This document shows, piece after piece, positions 10,197 to 23,000 of a stretch of 64,000 nt of DNA. Made by a program: the position numbers and the translations under genes. The stretch lies in the NCBI GenBank assembly GCA_002269645.1, contig NIVC01000059.1:744001-808000 (forward strand). Direction: 5' to 3'. The first letter of the stretch is position 1, and each line of letters begins with the position of its first letter. Under the pieces are notes generated by a model. It searched no databases. It had not been told where the DNA came from and saw nothing but the letters and a program-made list of their open reading frames with translations. The stretch comes from Macrostomum lignano. Taxonomy: Eukaryota.

Positions 10197-13100
10197 GAAT
10201 CTCGCTAGGCAAGGAAACCATGCCCTCTTCATCCTCTGGCAGCTCGCCGTTGCCAACCTAGCAGATAGAGTGATATGCGAAGGTGCATTATAATGTAATA
10301 TTTTTACTGATCCTATGGGTTCCTATGGGTTAATGTAAAAATACAATATTTAGTTTTTAAGTTTTTTTATTTTGATTTGATAAATACGATATGTATTGAC
10401 ACGGCACAATACAAAAGAGCATCAAAAGAGATTAATCACAGCTGCATGAGAAAATCTGCGTAGCCCTGGAAAGCAGAACCGCTCTCCAACCGCAGATTTT
10501 TTGTCAGATGGTGCATTCGGAAGTGCGGCCACAACTCCGACCGAGTCAAACAGGCCTCGATGGTGTTGGCATGCGTTCCTCCGGGCACCACAGCCAGCAG
10601 CTGGCGAAAGTCGCCAGCCAGCACCAGCAGCGCTCCTCCGAACGGCCGGTCGTTGCGCAGCAGATCCCGCAGAGACCGCTCGACCATCTCCAGGTCCTTG
10701 CGGTGCGTCATCGGCGCTTCGTCCCAAACAATGAGCCGCGTGTCCCGCAGCATCTCAGCCAGCTTGCTCCGTCGGCCGATGGAACAGAAGACATTGTCGA
10801 GACGCACCGCGCTGACGGGAATCTTGAACCTGGGCAGGTTTAAACAGCATTTATGTGCAGAGACAATAATATAATTTGCAGAAGTACTGCATGTACATGT
10901 AAGCATGATCTTAAATGAAAAATACAGAAAATGGCTTATCCTCTAGAAATATTTGATGTCATTCAAGTTATAATCAAGTTTAAATAAAAAAGTCCAAGTT
11001 ATTTTGACATTTTAATTTCTTATTAAACAATTTTTTAAAGATTTATAAAGAAAACTCACATGGAATGTGCGGTCCTTCCCCGGGAAGAATGGTTGCCGCA
11101 ATTCCAGACGACGCCACGGCAACAGCGATCTGACGCCTTGCTCGAACGCAGTTCAGCAGCAACGTCAGCAAGAACGTCTTTCCTGTTCCGCCGGGGGCAT
11201 CGATAAAATGCAGTCCACCGCCGCCGGTCTCCAGATTGGACTGAACAGCCTCAAAAATGACTCGCTGCTCTTCAGTAAGCATGCCGATCTGGGCCTCGAC
11301 TTCCGCGTGGAGCTCAGCGGCTTCTTGCGGTGTCGGCAGGCAGTCGGAATGCTGGCGACTCTGAGAAAATAAATTCAACTTTCAGCGTTCAAGTTCAAAT
11401 GCGCTTTCGATATGGATTTCGGATAATACTAAATAAAGATTAAAGGAAATTCACCTGATCTGGCTGAACATGAGGCTCAGGCAGTCCGTAGGCAGGCAGC
11501 TCAGCGCCTCCCATGGTGTTCAGCAGTTTCTGCAGCTCTCGCAGAACCTCCGACTCGGCAGCCTCAGGGCTATAGCCTTGGTGCAGCAGATCACCGGCCA
11601 ACTCGCCGGAGAACTCCTGCCACAGCTTTGCCGGGTCGCTGGAGTCGCCGTGCGACAGAATGGCAGCGAAAAGGCGGCGCAGAGCCGCTGGCAGCCGCGT
11701 CTCCGAGGCTTCGCACAGGCACAGTCGCCAGTGCCTGTCGTCCTCCAGGAGTCCGCGGGCCTGGCAGGCGGCCTTGAAAGTCGGCAGCAGGACGCCGTCT
11801 ACGGTGCGCAACGCCTCAAACGACGTCGGGCCGCGCACATTCACCAGCAGCAGGCGCAGGTAGAAACAGTCTCCCATCCGAGGGCTGACTGTGTAGACGC
11901 GGCCGATGTTGCCAGTCGTCAGCACGCCAGCTGGCTGATCAGCAGCGACTCGGCCGCGACCTGCGCGATGCCACTGGTGCGCACTTCTGTCCCAGGTGAA
12001 GTGCCGGGGCACCTCCTGGTACAGCAGGCCTCGTGCAACTGCATCCTGGCGGCAGAGCTGCGAGATTAAGATTTTGATTAGTGAAGTAAAAGTCACAGTT
12101 GATACATTTTAAAGTAAGTTTTGCCAATATGAGGTCTTAATTTTCAGGTATAACTTACATCAAAAAAGGCGGTCAACGTCGCGGGCTTAGGCTGAGCAGC
12201 AACAGCCTGAGCTGTCTCGGGCGTGAAGCAGACGCGCTGGTCGTCCTTCAGATGAACGGCCAGCCTGATGACAGCCGGATACCGACTGTGCACTTCAAAG
12301 CCCAAGATGGTGTTAACCGCCTCCATGGGACCAATGTACCGGCCCAGAAGGTACTCCTTGATCTCATCGATCTCCTTGCGCTTCGCCGGCGCTGCCTTAG
12401 TCTGAGCTGACTGCTGGGGCTGCTGATCGCCACTGGCCTGAATAGCCGCCGCATCGCTAGCCGTAGCAGCATGGCTGTCGGCCTTCGCAGCAGCAGCAGC
12501 AGCAGCAGCAGCAGCTAGGTCCTTCCGGACTTGAAATGTCGCTATGTCGCTGCCCTTAGTTATGTACTTGACGACATACTTAATCGCCTTGACTGTCGCG
12601 CAGATCTCGACGTTCAGGTGACACCTAAACTCGCACAGCAGCGCAGGGGCAGTACGGCACCACCCAGCGGTTGTCAAAGGTGAAATTCGCCTTGTGACCG
12701 CCGCGCAGCTTTGCGACCTTCGTCACCGAGAAGCCGCCCATCTCGGTTGATCTGCGACGATAGTGCGGGTAGCCGTCCTCTTGAATCATCGTTACTGCCT
12801 GGAATTCTCTCGGATAGCGCTTGCTGCATGCGCCATTCTCCATCCACGACGCGGCTGGATTCAGCTGCATTCCACAGGGACCATGCAGGAGATTCTCAGC
12901 GACCAGCTTGTGCAGGTCCGCGTCGGCAACGGGATCCGGGAGTTCTGCACTGATGATGGCGTCATACTGATCCGGCTTCAGCTTGACAGCCAACCAAAGC
13001 AGTGCGTGCACGTGGGGAAGACCTGTTTAAAGTGGGATTTGGTTCATAAATAAAAAGTTTATGAGCAAAAGTTTATCAGGAAATATAACTAATTTTTAAT

Positions 13101-15366
13101 TGTCTCCAGGAATAGCATTTTTAACAATTTTATTAGTACAGATATTTAATTATGCAATAAATATTGGCATGATAGTAGTTACCTCGCTTTTGGTACTCGA
13201 GAGCGCAGACTCGAGCCAGCGTGTCCCCAAACAGACTCTTTAGCCTGTCGAGGAAGGCCTTCTTCTTCAGCTCGAACACCCGGGCGGTGATGTCCGGCCG
13301 ATCCACGGCAGTTTGGCCAGGCAGTAGCTCAGCAAGTATCTCAGGCCACTTCGGGTTACACGTCATCGTCAGGAACAGGTCTGGGCGGCCGAAGGCGTGC
13401 ACATACGCCATGGCATCCTGCTGACGCTCCAGACGGTACCGAGGGCCACCGACGTAGCTAGACGTCAGGATGACGTGGTTCCCGATGTCGATCCCCATCG
13501 GGTCGATCTCGCTCGGGTCCCCGTCGTTCGCATGGAGGGCATCTCGCAATCCGCGCAGGCGCTCTGAAAGCAGATCCTTCTGGTGCAACCGGATGTAGTT
13601 GAGCCTCTCCGACTCAATCTTGGCAGCCTGGTCGACCAGATACCGCTGGAACAGCCGGCCTCCGTAGTGCAGGCTGTTGAACTGGCCTGGGCGCACCTGG
13701 ATCATGAAGGCGTAATACTTCATGATAGTGATGCCACGATCCTGCTTGAGTCCGATGCTCCAGCCGTCCTCACCAAATGGTAACAGCAGGACGTACTCCA
13801 AGGGATCGTAGGAGCGGTGGGTGTCACAGATATGCTCTGGAGGCCTGTGAATTACAGAATCAAAAATGAATTCGTCTTTTATTAATGCAAATACAGCAGT
13901 TATATACATCAAACAGAATGCTTGAATCTTCCAGTTCACAAAAAAGCAAGAGATAATACATTGATTCAATAGATTTATACGTTTATATTAACAAATAAAA
14001 ATAAGTTTAATATAAAGTTCGAGACGCAGCTAGAACTCACCACCGCCCCTCAGACGCAAAATCACGTCCCGCCGTCGCGTCTGGGCTGCGCCTTCGGTAT
14101 CGCCAAGGTCCGTCAGGATGCCGACTTCACTGCACTCGGGCAAATTGAAGCGTCTGGCATGCTCCCCAGATGGACGGGCATCGGGGTTGATGACGACCTT
14201 GGCGCTTTGCAGCTGAGGGTCGTTGCGGAGCAAGTCAACAGCGGACTTGAGGCTGCACACGTAGCCGTTGCACGCATGCAGCATGGCTTGCAGCTCTTCC
14301 AGCAGACGACCGTTCAGTCCGGTGGCCCACTGCAGCCGGGTTTGCAGCTCTTGGTCCACAAAAAAGACCTGGCAGAACCTGGCCTCATTTCCCGGATCCG
14401 GCAACAGGCTGCCGATCCGATGGTGCATCTGACCATGGAGGATGAAGCTCGGGTTCCAACCGGGCTGCTCACGCTGCTTGGCACCGAGCGACGTCATGTG
14501 GAGCGCGCCGTTGTACTTCCTGATGTCCTTCAGGAACTGAGAGCTGTCTGGGTGCTGGCCAGTCAGAAGCCGCTTCAGGACATCAGGGGGGGTCACGGCG
14601 GGGCTCCAGGACGGTCTGAGTTGGATTAAAGTTGGATTAATCACTTTCAGCAGCACATCACGCAATCGTCTATGACTCCATTGGTGGTCAGAGGTTTCAT
14701 ACTGTATACATTGATTAGTATAAAAAGCATTAATGAGGCAGCGATTCAAGTGAACTAAAATAAAAAATGAACTCACCTTTCCAGCATGGCAGCAAATGCT
14801 AGCTGGCTCGTCTTTCCAGCGTAGCGCGCTGCAGTGCGGACATTGGCGGTCCATACGACCGAGGACATGTGGCTGGTGTGCCAGCTCCAGCAGTCTGTGG
14901 CAACGAAAAAAGTGCATTTCAATCATTACTCATAAATGAATTATAAAATCCAGTTGTACATGCATAAAGTTTATTAGTATCAGAGAAGAGATCAGTCTCG
15001 CACGTAAGAATGGTCTTTATCAAATATCAGTAATCTTTAATCGTAATCTTTATCAGTCTCGCACGTAAGAATAGCAGAATAAATAATCAGGAACCCCTAC
15101 CTGTCTCGGCGCCAGTCTGCCTGTGCATTTAGACGGCGGTCGCGGTCATCAGCGGACTCAGCCGCGCGAATCTGGTTCTGGCGCTGCCGCTGCGCCTCCA
15201 GGCGATGCTGATGGACTGTCTCATCCTCGGCTTCACGGCTTTCAGCTGTGCGCTGCCGCTGCGCCTCCAAGCGATGCTGGCGCTCCTCGGGTGTCTCCGA
15301 GGCCCTGCGCTTCTTAGCTGCCGATGCAGCGCGTGTAGATCGGGAAATACTTCCGCGTTTGGGCAT
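10197..15366 (-). pseudogene. Multi-exon Helitron RepHel ORF, frameshifted and truncated
   Basis: ATG at 15366 followed by basic EERQHRLE repeats; Zn finger CPHC..CCHAGK; Rep motifs FLTMTCNP, EYQKRG/PHVHALLW, KYVVKYITKG; helicase motifs DAPGGTGKT, VASSGIAA, WDEAPM, AGDFRQL. The last exon (VGNGELPEDEEGMVSLPSEI) is cut at 10197. Apparent frameshifts occur near 14590 and 13835. Confidence 0.9.
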
Positions 15367-16210
15367 TTTCTTCCGCGTAGACAATAAACAATGAATAGGC
15401 AAAAATAAACAAAGCAAAAGTAAACAAATAGAAAGTAGAGATGATAATAATAAGCAAAAATAAGATAATAGCCAATAGGAAAATAAGGAAAAATAAGCAA
15501 ATGGAAATATCGCCAGATTCAGCAAATTGGAGAGAAATCTTTAGAGAATTGAAAATTCGCCTCCTTAAGAAGGGCCTAGTGTACACGATTTTTTGTCAGT
15601 AAAAATCAATAAAAAAGAACCTTAAGCCCCACCAGTCTGTCCACTGCCCAGCCGATGCAATGGACTGACTACAGGCGCCAATAAAAAAACCAACTGAATC
15701 TCGGGCACAGTCCTATTCATCTGATTCTACTGTACAACTGCTATGTACACTCAGCCCAAGCCCAACCCCCCATTCCGGGGGAATCGTTAAATTTAATTGA
15801 ACCTCCCAACACGCGGGGGTTATTTGCATTGAACGCGGAACACATGCACCCACCCCCCCCCCTCCCAAAACACATCGACGTGAGGGCGGAGATTGGGGTG
15901 GCTTTTTTTACAAACAGACTGCAACTCCTCCACTGGAGAGGCAGAGAGGCCACAGAAGGGCCAAATAAGGTTAGGAAATCAGTTTTCTGCTTTTTTAGGG
16001 ATCTCAAATGAAAAAATGAAAGATTAAAATAGCTATAAACTCAATCCGGAAAATTTGCAGTTTTTCCCATATAAGTTTCAACGATGACTTGCCAGTAGTC
16101 TAGGAGAAAAGTTGCAACAAACAAACTTTGCGTCAGTTTTAGTATAAGGGAGGGAAAGGGAGGGAGGGAAGGGAGAGGAGAAGAGGGAGAGGAGAGGAGA
16201 GGAGAGAGGG
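10197..16210 (-). mobile_element. Helitron (Rep-Pif1 helicase), 3'-truncated, with its upstream region; true termini not identified
   Basis: About 6 kb replaces 31 bp (5273-5303) of the other duplicate copy and carries the Rep/helicase exons listed below. Whether 15370-16210 belongs to the element is not established. Confidence 0.85.
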
Positions 16211-16393
16211 AGAAGAGAATAAAATATTTTACTAGTATCATAGGTGCAGTGAAAATATTTAAGAACTAAACTAACATGTTTCCTACAAAGTGTTCAGTGT
16301 GCTTTTTGCCTCTCACACCAACTTGGCCGTTAAAGTTGGCAAAAATACTGTTGAAATCAACACTTCTCGACCAATATCGACAAGTTGCCGAAG

Positions 16394-16770
16394 TTTTTAT
16401 TAGAGGCAGGGGGTTGTCTGCATCCTGCTGCACTTTAAGTGACATTGTCGCACAGCCGGCGAGAGGCATTACTGCCCATTCCGCCGACCCCATGAGCAGG
16501 CACACAAGCGCGCGGATACGTACGCAGTCATACGCACAGGCGCACACTCACACAAGAGTGTACAGCGCGGTCCTAACTTTATTTATCTTTAGGCATGTAC
16601 ACTTCACTGTGCCTTGGGGGTTGGCCTTCAAGGGCGTTAATGGCACGAGCAGAGACAAGTCGAGATTCCAATTTAGCCACAAATTAATATGACTGCACTT
16701 GGAATCGAGCCTGGGCCGCTGGCACACAGAGTGCCGCGCGAGACCACACGAGACCATACAGGCTACGCCC
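16394..16770 (-). mobile_element. SINE family A, copy 2 (duplicated with the segment, not an independent insertion)
   Basis: Same flanks and position as 5479-5859. Confidence 0.7.
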
Positions 16771-16918
16771 TTGTCGTGTCCTGTTAGTGTGGGTAAAAAT
16801 ATTAAAAATCGAAAAACTCGACCGAGACCGACAAACAGTTGTCCACTTTGTAAATATAGAAAAATATTTCGATAAAATCTGTGATCAGCAGAAACCCAGA
16901 TGCTCGCACACAACCAGC

Positions 16919-19450
16919 TCACACTACGGACTTCTTCCCGAAAAAATCTACCGGCGGGTTCATCTGCGACGTTCGGCGCAAAAAGTTTGCCGATGATCGC
17001 CGAGCACCGTTGGGCAACGCATTCGACGCCACGGCCTCCTCGGCGTCGCCGCCGCGGTACAATTTGTACAACTCCTCTACGATTTCCGCCGCGCACACGT
17101 CGCCGATATTTTCGGCAATCATCCGCAATAGAAAGATGCCGTCGTGCGACAGGAACTGGTTAACAAACTGCTTCCGCTTTTTTTTGTCTTCTTTGGATTC
17201 GTCGCATGCCGATCGGAGTACCATCAGGTAGCGCTTGACGAACGTCTGTCGGTTCTTATACACCAGCAGGCGGATCAGCCAGACTATTGTAGAGCCGCCA
17301 GTCAGGGACAAGCACAGGATCGTCCAGAACCAAAGGAATATGTAGATCTTCTCGTTCAGAAGGTTGACTGGCAAGACGCACTGCACAGACCGGATGTTCC
17401 ACTGGCCGACGTGTTTCGACGGCACGTCGCAGAAAGTGACCCTGGGAAATACCATGGTCTGCTCCCACTCGCGGCCGCGGAGCAGATTGCTCATACAGTG
17501 CCAGCCGAATGCCAGACTGTCGAAGCCTAAGAATGACTGCATAATAAACAAGTGAGCAACTCCCACCAAAGCGTACACCATCTTGTTCGTGATGTACAAA
17601 GCAAGCAGCATCGTGCCCGACCGTTTGCCGAACCAGAAACAGGGCAGGAACTTGTGGCAGGCTTGGTGCAGCTTTTGGCGCGGCTCCGTCTTAAATGTAA
17701 CCTGGCGACCGCAGTCTGGCCCGGTCCTGCTGTCCTGGTAATGACCGCAGCCCCGACAGTTGATTGTCTTCTCAATGTGTCTAGCCAGAAAGTTTACCAA
17801 CTTCTTCTTTCGTTCCTGGTCCATTGTAGCGGTTTCTGCGGCAAACTTTACAATCGCGTTCGGATTGTAGCCAATCTGCTGGGCCATGATCTTCCACACC
17901 AGGTGAGGTGTGTACACGAGCAGTGCCTCCAGTGCCAGTACGAATGGCACCCATTGGTAGTAGTCTGAAAGGGATCGGTGAGGTTGTTTTAGCTAGTTGT
18001 ACACCATCGCAAGCAACGCGAGCTTGTGTCTTTTGGAGATTTTGATGGTGAATGCTAATTCAGTTTTCGACGATGTGACTTTTCGAGCTTGTGATGTGAT
18101 GGTGGTTGCTAAATCAGCTTTCGACGATGTGACTTTTCGAGCTTGTGATGTAGCCCTGTTTCGACGATGGGGTGATTTTTCGAGCTTATGATCGCGACCC
18201 ATGAGTGTATTGTCTGTTTATGTGTATGTAATTTTCAAAGCTGCCAAACTGCAGACTATTTTTGTCTGCTACTTTGTCGAGACTATAGGAAACAATAGAT
18301 GAACTTAATTTGGCTATGCAAGCAAAGGCTGAAGAGTAGACGTCAATCAAGGGTTAGATTAATTAAAACGAACCAATGTCACAAATATTCTTCTCCACAA
18401 AGCAACTATTTCAAAAATGTTTTATTATAAAATATGTTCGTTTAAATATGAACTCTACCGCTTAAAATTGGCACTAGGACTCGCCACCACGCTGTGCAAA
18501 ATAATTTAAAAGACTCTGTCAGTTCCCCTCTCGTCTCACGCCACAAGTTGGTTGCTTTACGAGCAGCTGCCATTAACCTCCCGCCTTTGCTTTTTTGTGG
18601 CCCAACTTCATTCTGAGATATGCTGAGCATTTTTGTATAAGCTATAGCATCTCGCCATGCGCCTTCGCCTTGAAAATTTGCACAGAAGAAGTATGGAAAT
18701 TTCTTACTCTACGTGTGTAGAGTCTGCGTCTGGTAGATGCTTGTTTATTGAATCAAAGAGCATTACAGCAGAAATGTCTAAAGTTTGTATTTCACCATTG
18801 ATGTGAAAGCTTAGTGTCAGTATAAAACGACCATCTCTATTTTGACGCTCTACCAAATATCTACCAATTCCAACTTTAATCCACCAATTCCAACTCCAAT
18901 CTACCAATTCCAACTTTAATCCACCAATGCCAACTCCAATCTACCAATTCCAACTTTAATCCACCAATTCCAACTCCAATCTACCAATTCAAGCTATAAT
19001 CTATCGATCCCAACTCCAAATCTTCCAAACTGGCTACTCCAAATCTACCAAAACCGACTCCAGTCTATTCCAGCTCCAACAAATTTAAGGTAATAACTGT
19101 TGTATCGAATTTCCATCACGGAAACCCCCTGTCCATATCAGTCAAGACTTACTCAGCTCCGACTTTCGCCTCGTGAGCATGTCGGGATGCGCCGGGTCCA
19201 TGTGCGCCACGTGATAAGTGTTCTGAATCCAGCAATAGTTCTCAGTGTACTCTTCCCAAGGCCTGGGCCATTCGGGCGGCACCCAGCACTGGATGGGGGT
19301 GAAGATGTACTGCCTCATGGCGATCACGGCCGTGGATATGATGAGGAACGCCCCAGTCCATTGATAGTTGACCTTGTCAGCGAAGTCTTCTGCGTTAACC
19401 AAACTGCCAAATTTGAATTTGGTGAACCGAAAGAAGAAATCGGCGTTCAT
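16919..19450 (-). CDS. inx: Innexin, 447 aa; join(19153..19450, 16919..17964)
   Basis: Exon 1 reads MNADFF..EDFADKVNY..QYIFTPIQCWVP..YTENYCWIQNTY..RKSEL A|gtaagt. Exon 2 reads tttcag|AC giving NYYQWVPF, FPRVTFCD, QCVLPVNLLNEKIYIFLWFW. Phases match. Confidence 0.95.
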
Positions 19451-20060
19451 GCTGGCAAATTTCGGTTTGAAGCACAACTACTCTGATTCAACTCTTGAAA
19501 CTGGTTCTGCTATGAGAGCAAATGCGAAATTACTTAACTAAGAAAGGCTGTTCGAGCGATGGCGAGGAGTGAGACAGAGCTCAGTTAACTGTACAGAGTC
19601 TACTCAAGAGTCTGCTTGTGCTCACAATGGTTGCTATTTGCAAAAGATGCTGTGCTGTTCTCTACTCCAAATTGAACAACCAGTTTGAAAGCTTTCTCAA
19701 AGCATCGCATGCGAGCCACCCCTCCCTCTCACCTCGCCTCACCTCCGCTCGCCCCGCAGCGGCAGTTACCCCATGACCCCCACCTATTATTTTGTCTTAC
19801 AAAGTAAGGAACCGAGGGTCAGACGAACTCACGTCCATCTGAAAAACAATTCGAAATTTCCAAGGGGCCAAATTAAGCTTATATCATAAATACGTATATT
19901 GTGGGCGTTGGGTCCGTGGGTTGAATGCAATGACAGATACGCTCGTAAAATCCAATTTCATCTTAAATATTTTTATAAAACCATAACTCAAGACAAATCG
20001 ATTCGTCCAAAACTGCTCCCACAAGTTTATCAATCTAGACTACTTCCATGAGATGCTACC

Positions 20061-23000
20061 TGTAGTGTACGCTCTGCGCGGTAATAATGTACTTGGCTTG
20101 GTCGATGAACTAACTCGTATAGTAGCAATACTCTTATTACGCAATGCTCTCGGGCCTATAAATATATTGAATTGAGCAGTCGGCTCATTTAAGTGCATCG
20201 TTTCTCTCGCCAAACTAAATAGCTAGTCTGAGTCATTACATGGCGTCGCAAGCAAACTCTCAGTGAGGCCAACCCCCCGCGCACTGATAACGACCGGTGA
20301 TTCAGCAAATATGGCACAGGCCCTGCAACTCGCGGCACCAGACGCCTTTGACCTCGAAGGCGATCCTCTGACAAGAGCTCAGCGATGGGAAACCTGGACG
20401 CGAAGGTTCAGCAGCTACATACGCGCAGCTGGCATCACAGATGCGACACAGCAGCTGGAGCTCTTAGTTTACACTGCGGGCGAGAAGCTGGAAGACTTCA
20501 TGGACGATAACGGCGTCAAGAAAGGAGAGTCCGCGGAGGAGCTCATCAAAAAGTTGCAGGGTATCTTCGACCAAAAGAACAGCGTTGTCTTCCTCAGGTA
20601 CCAGTTTGAAATATGCCGGCAGGAGGAAGGAGAGTCAATTGAGGCCTGGTATCATCGGCTACGCAAGGCTGCGGACCAATGTACGTTCGGCGAACTCCGA
20701 GACTCGCTCATCAGGGACAAGATCGTGGCTCATTACCGGTCCGAGAGGATCAGGAGGGAACTCCTGCAGCTCAACGATGTCTCCTTAGACGACGTTTTGA
20801 AGCGAATCCGAGCGAGGGAGGCAGCGGAGCAGCAGGCCCAGGCCATGGAGATCGGCGCCGCAGCCGACACAGGCCATCCTTCCGCTTCGAATGTGGCGGC
20901 GCTGCGTCCACCTCGTAACCGACCATCCCATACAACCAGGCCGGCTGCCGCGGCAAGAGACAGCGGCATCAACTGCGATCGCTGCGGGCGACCAGGGCAT
21001 CAGACGTGCGAGGCAGCCCGTAACAAGGCGTGTCGACGCTGCGGCAAGATGGGTCATTTCGCTCGGGCGTGTCGAGGAGCAGCTAAAGTCCCTCTGAGGA
21101 CCGTTGACGAACCGCAGGAGGAGGCTCCGCCGGGTCGAGTCGAATATCTGCAAGACGACCCCATCGAGCACGAGCTATTCACCCTGAGGAACTACGGCTC
21201 TACTTGGACGCCTGCGACAATTAACGGGCTCAAGACAAAGGTGCTCATCGACAGCGGCGCGGCCTGCAACATCATCGACAGGGCGGCCTACGACAGGATG
21301 CCGCAAAAAGCCGCGCTGCAGCCCGCCAGCGACAAGGTCTACCCATACGGAAGCCAAGAGCCGCTGAGATTGCTGGGCAAGGCAGACCTGCAAGTCAGCG
21401 TGTTCGAGATCCACGAGACACTACCGTTCTTGGTGCTCGACGGTGAGGGCGCTTGCATCATTGGCCGGAGAAGCGCTGAAAGACTTCAGATTCTGCGAGT
21501 CGGCCCGGAGAACAAGGTGGCATGCCAGCTGCGTCCGTCTCCTGAGGTCTTGCTAGACAGCATGCTAACAGGGATCCCAAAGGACGTCCTACATGCGCCG
21601 GGGGCACCGGCCCTGCACGAACTCCTAACGGAGAACGCACAAGTCTTCAGCGGAATCGGCAGGCTCAAAAACTATGCCGCCCGCATCTTCCTGGAGGAGG
21701 GAGCCAGGCCGATCTGTCATTCCCCATCAAGGGTGCCAATACATCTCGCACAGGCAGTCGACGCCGAGCTGCAGTGCCTCGAGGACCAAGGCATCATCGA
21801 GCCGGTGGAAGGCCCCTGTCCGTGGGTAGCCCGCATCGTCGTCGTGCCCAAGCAGACTCCAGGCGAGATCAGGATTACGCAGGACTTGAGAGACCTGAAC
21901 AAGTCGGTCATCAGAGAGCGGCATCCCATCCCGACATTCGAGGAGATGACGGGAGACATGGCAGGAGCGCAGCTATTCTCAGAGCTCGACATCGCGAAGG
22001 CATTTTATCAAATCCCAGTCACCGACGAATGCCGCCATCTTCTGACTTTTTCGACACCACGAGGCCTGCGGCGGCTGACACGGCTCTGTATGGGACTGTC
22101 TACGGCCCAGGAAATTCTCCAGGCGGTCATGTCATCCGTGCTAGCTGGACTCCCGAAATTAAAATGGATTCACGACGACATCATCGTGTATGGGCACAGC
22201 GTGGCGGAGCACCACAGCAACCTGCAGGCATGTCTGCGACGACTGGCGCAGCACGGGCTGACGCTGAATCCGTTAAAATGCAAGCTCGCCCGTACCGAGG
22301 TCACGTTCATGGGGATGCAGCTGTCCAGTGAAGGTGTCAGACCAACCCAGTCCAAGTTGGAAGCCATCCATGCATTTGCCGAGCCAAAGACCGCCACAGA
22401 GGTGCGCTCGTTCCTAGGCCTGGTCAACTATCTGGCCTCATTCACCCCCGGGCTGGCGGATGTAGCGAGGCCACTGCGCAATCTGACTAGGAAAGGCGAG
22501 CCCTGGGCATGGACCGACCTCGAGAAACGAGCTTTTGACGACGTGAAGACCCGGATTGCGACCAGCGGCACCCTCGCCTTCTTCAACCACCGCCTAGCGA
22601 CGCAACTCATCGTCGACGCCGGCCCAGCGGGCCTGGGCGCGATCCTAACGCAGACGCAAGCGGACGGCACCAACCGGCCTGTCGCGTACGCCAGCCGGAC
22701 GCTGTCCGATGTTGAGCAGCGCTACTCCCAGACTGAGAAGGAGGCGCTGGCCGTCAAATACGGCTGCTTGAAATTTCAGTACTATCTGCACGGCGCTCCG
22801 ACATTTACGGTGGTGACAGACCACAAGCCGCTCATCGCATTGTTCAGCAGTGGCTCAAGGCCTCCCCGAGGATCGAAAGAATGGCGCTGCGCATTCAGCA
22901 CATGAAATTTACAGTCGAATACCAGCCTGGCCCACTAAACCCAGCGGACGTGCTGAGCCGGCAGCCGCTGCCAACACGAGGAAGAAATGTCGGCGAAGAG

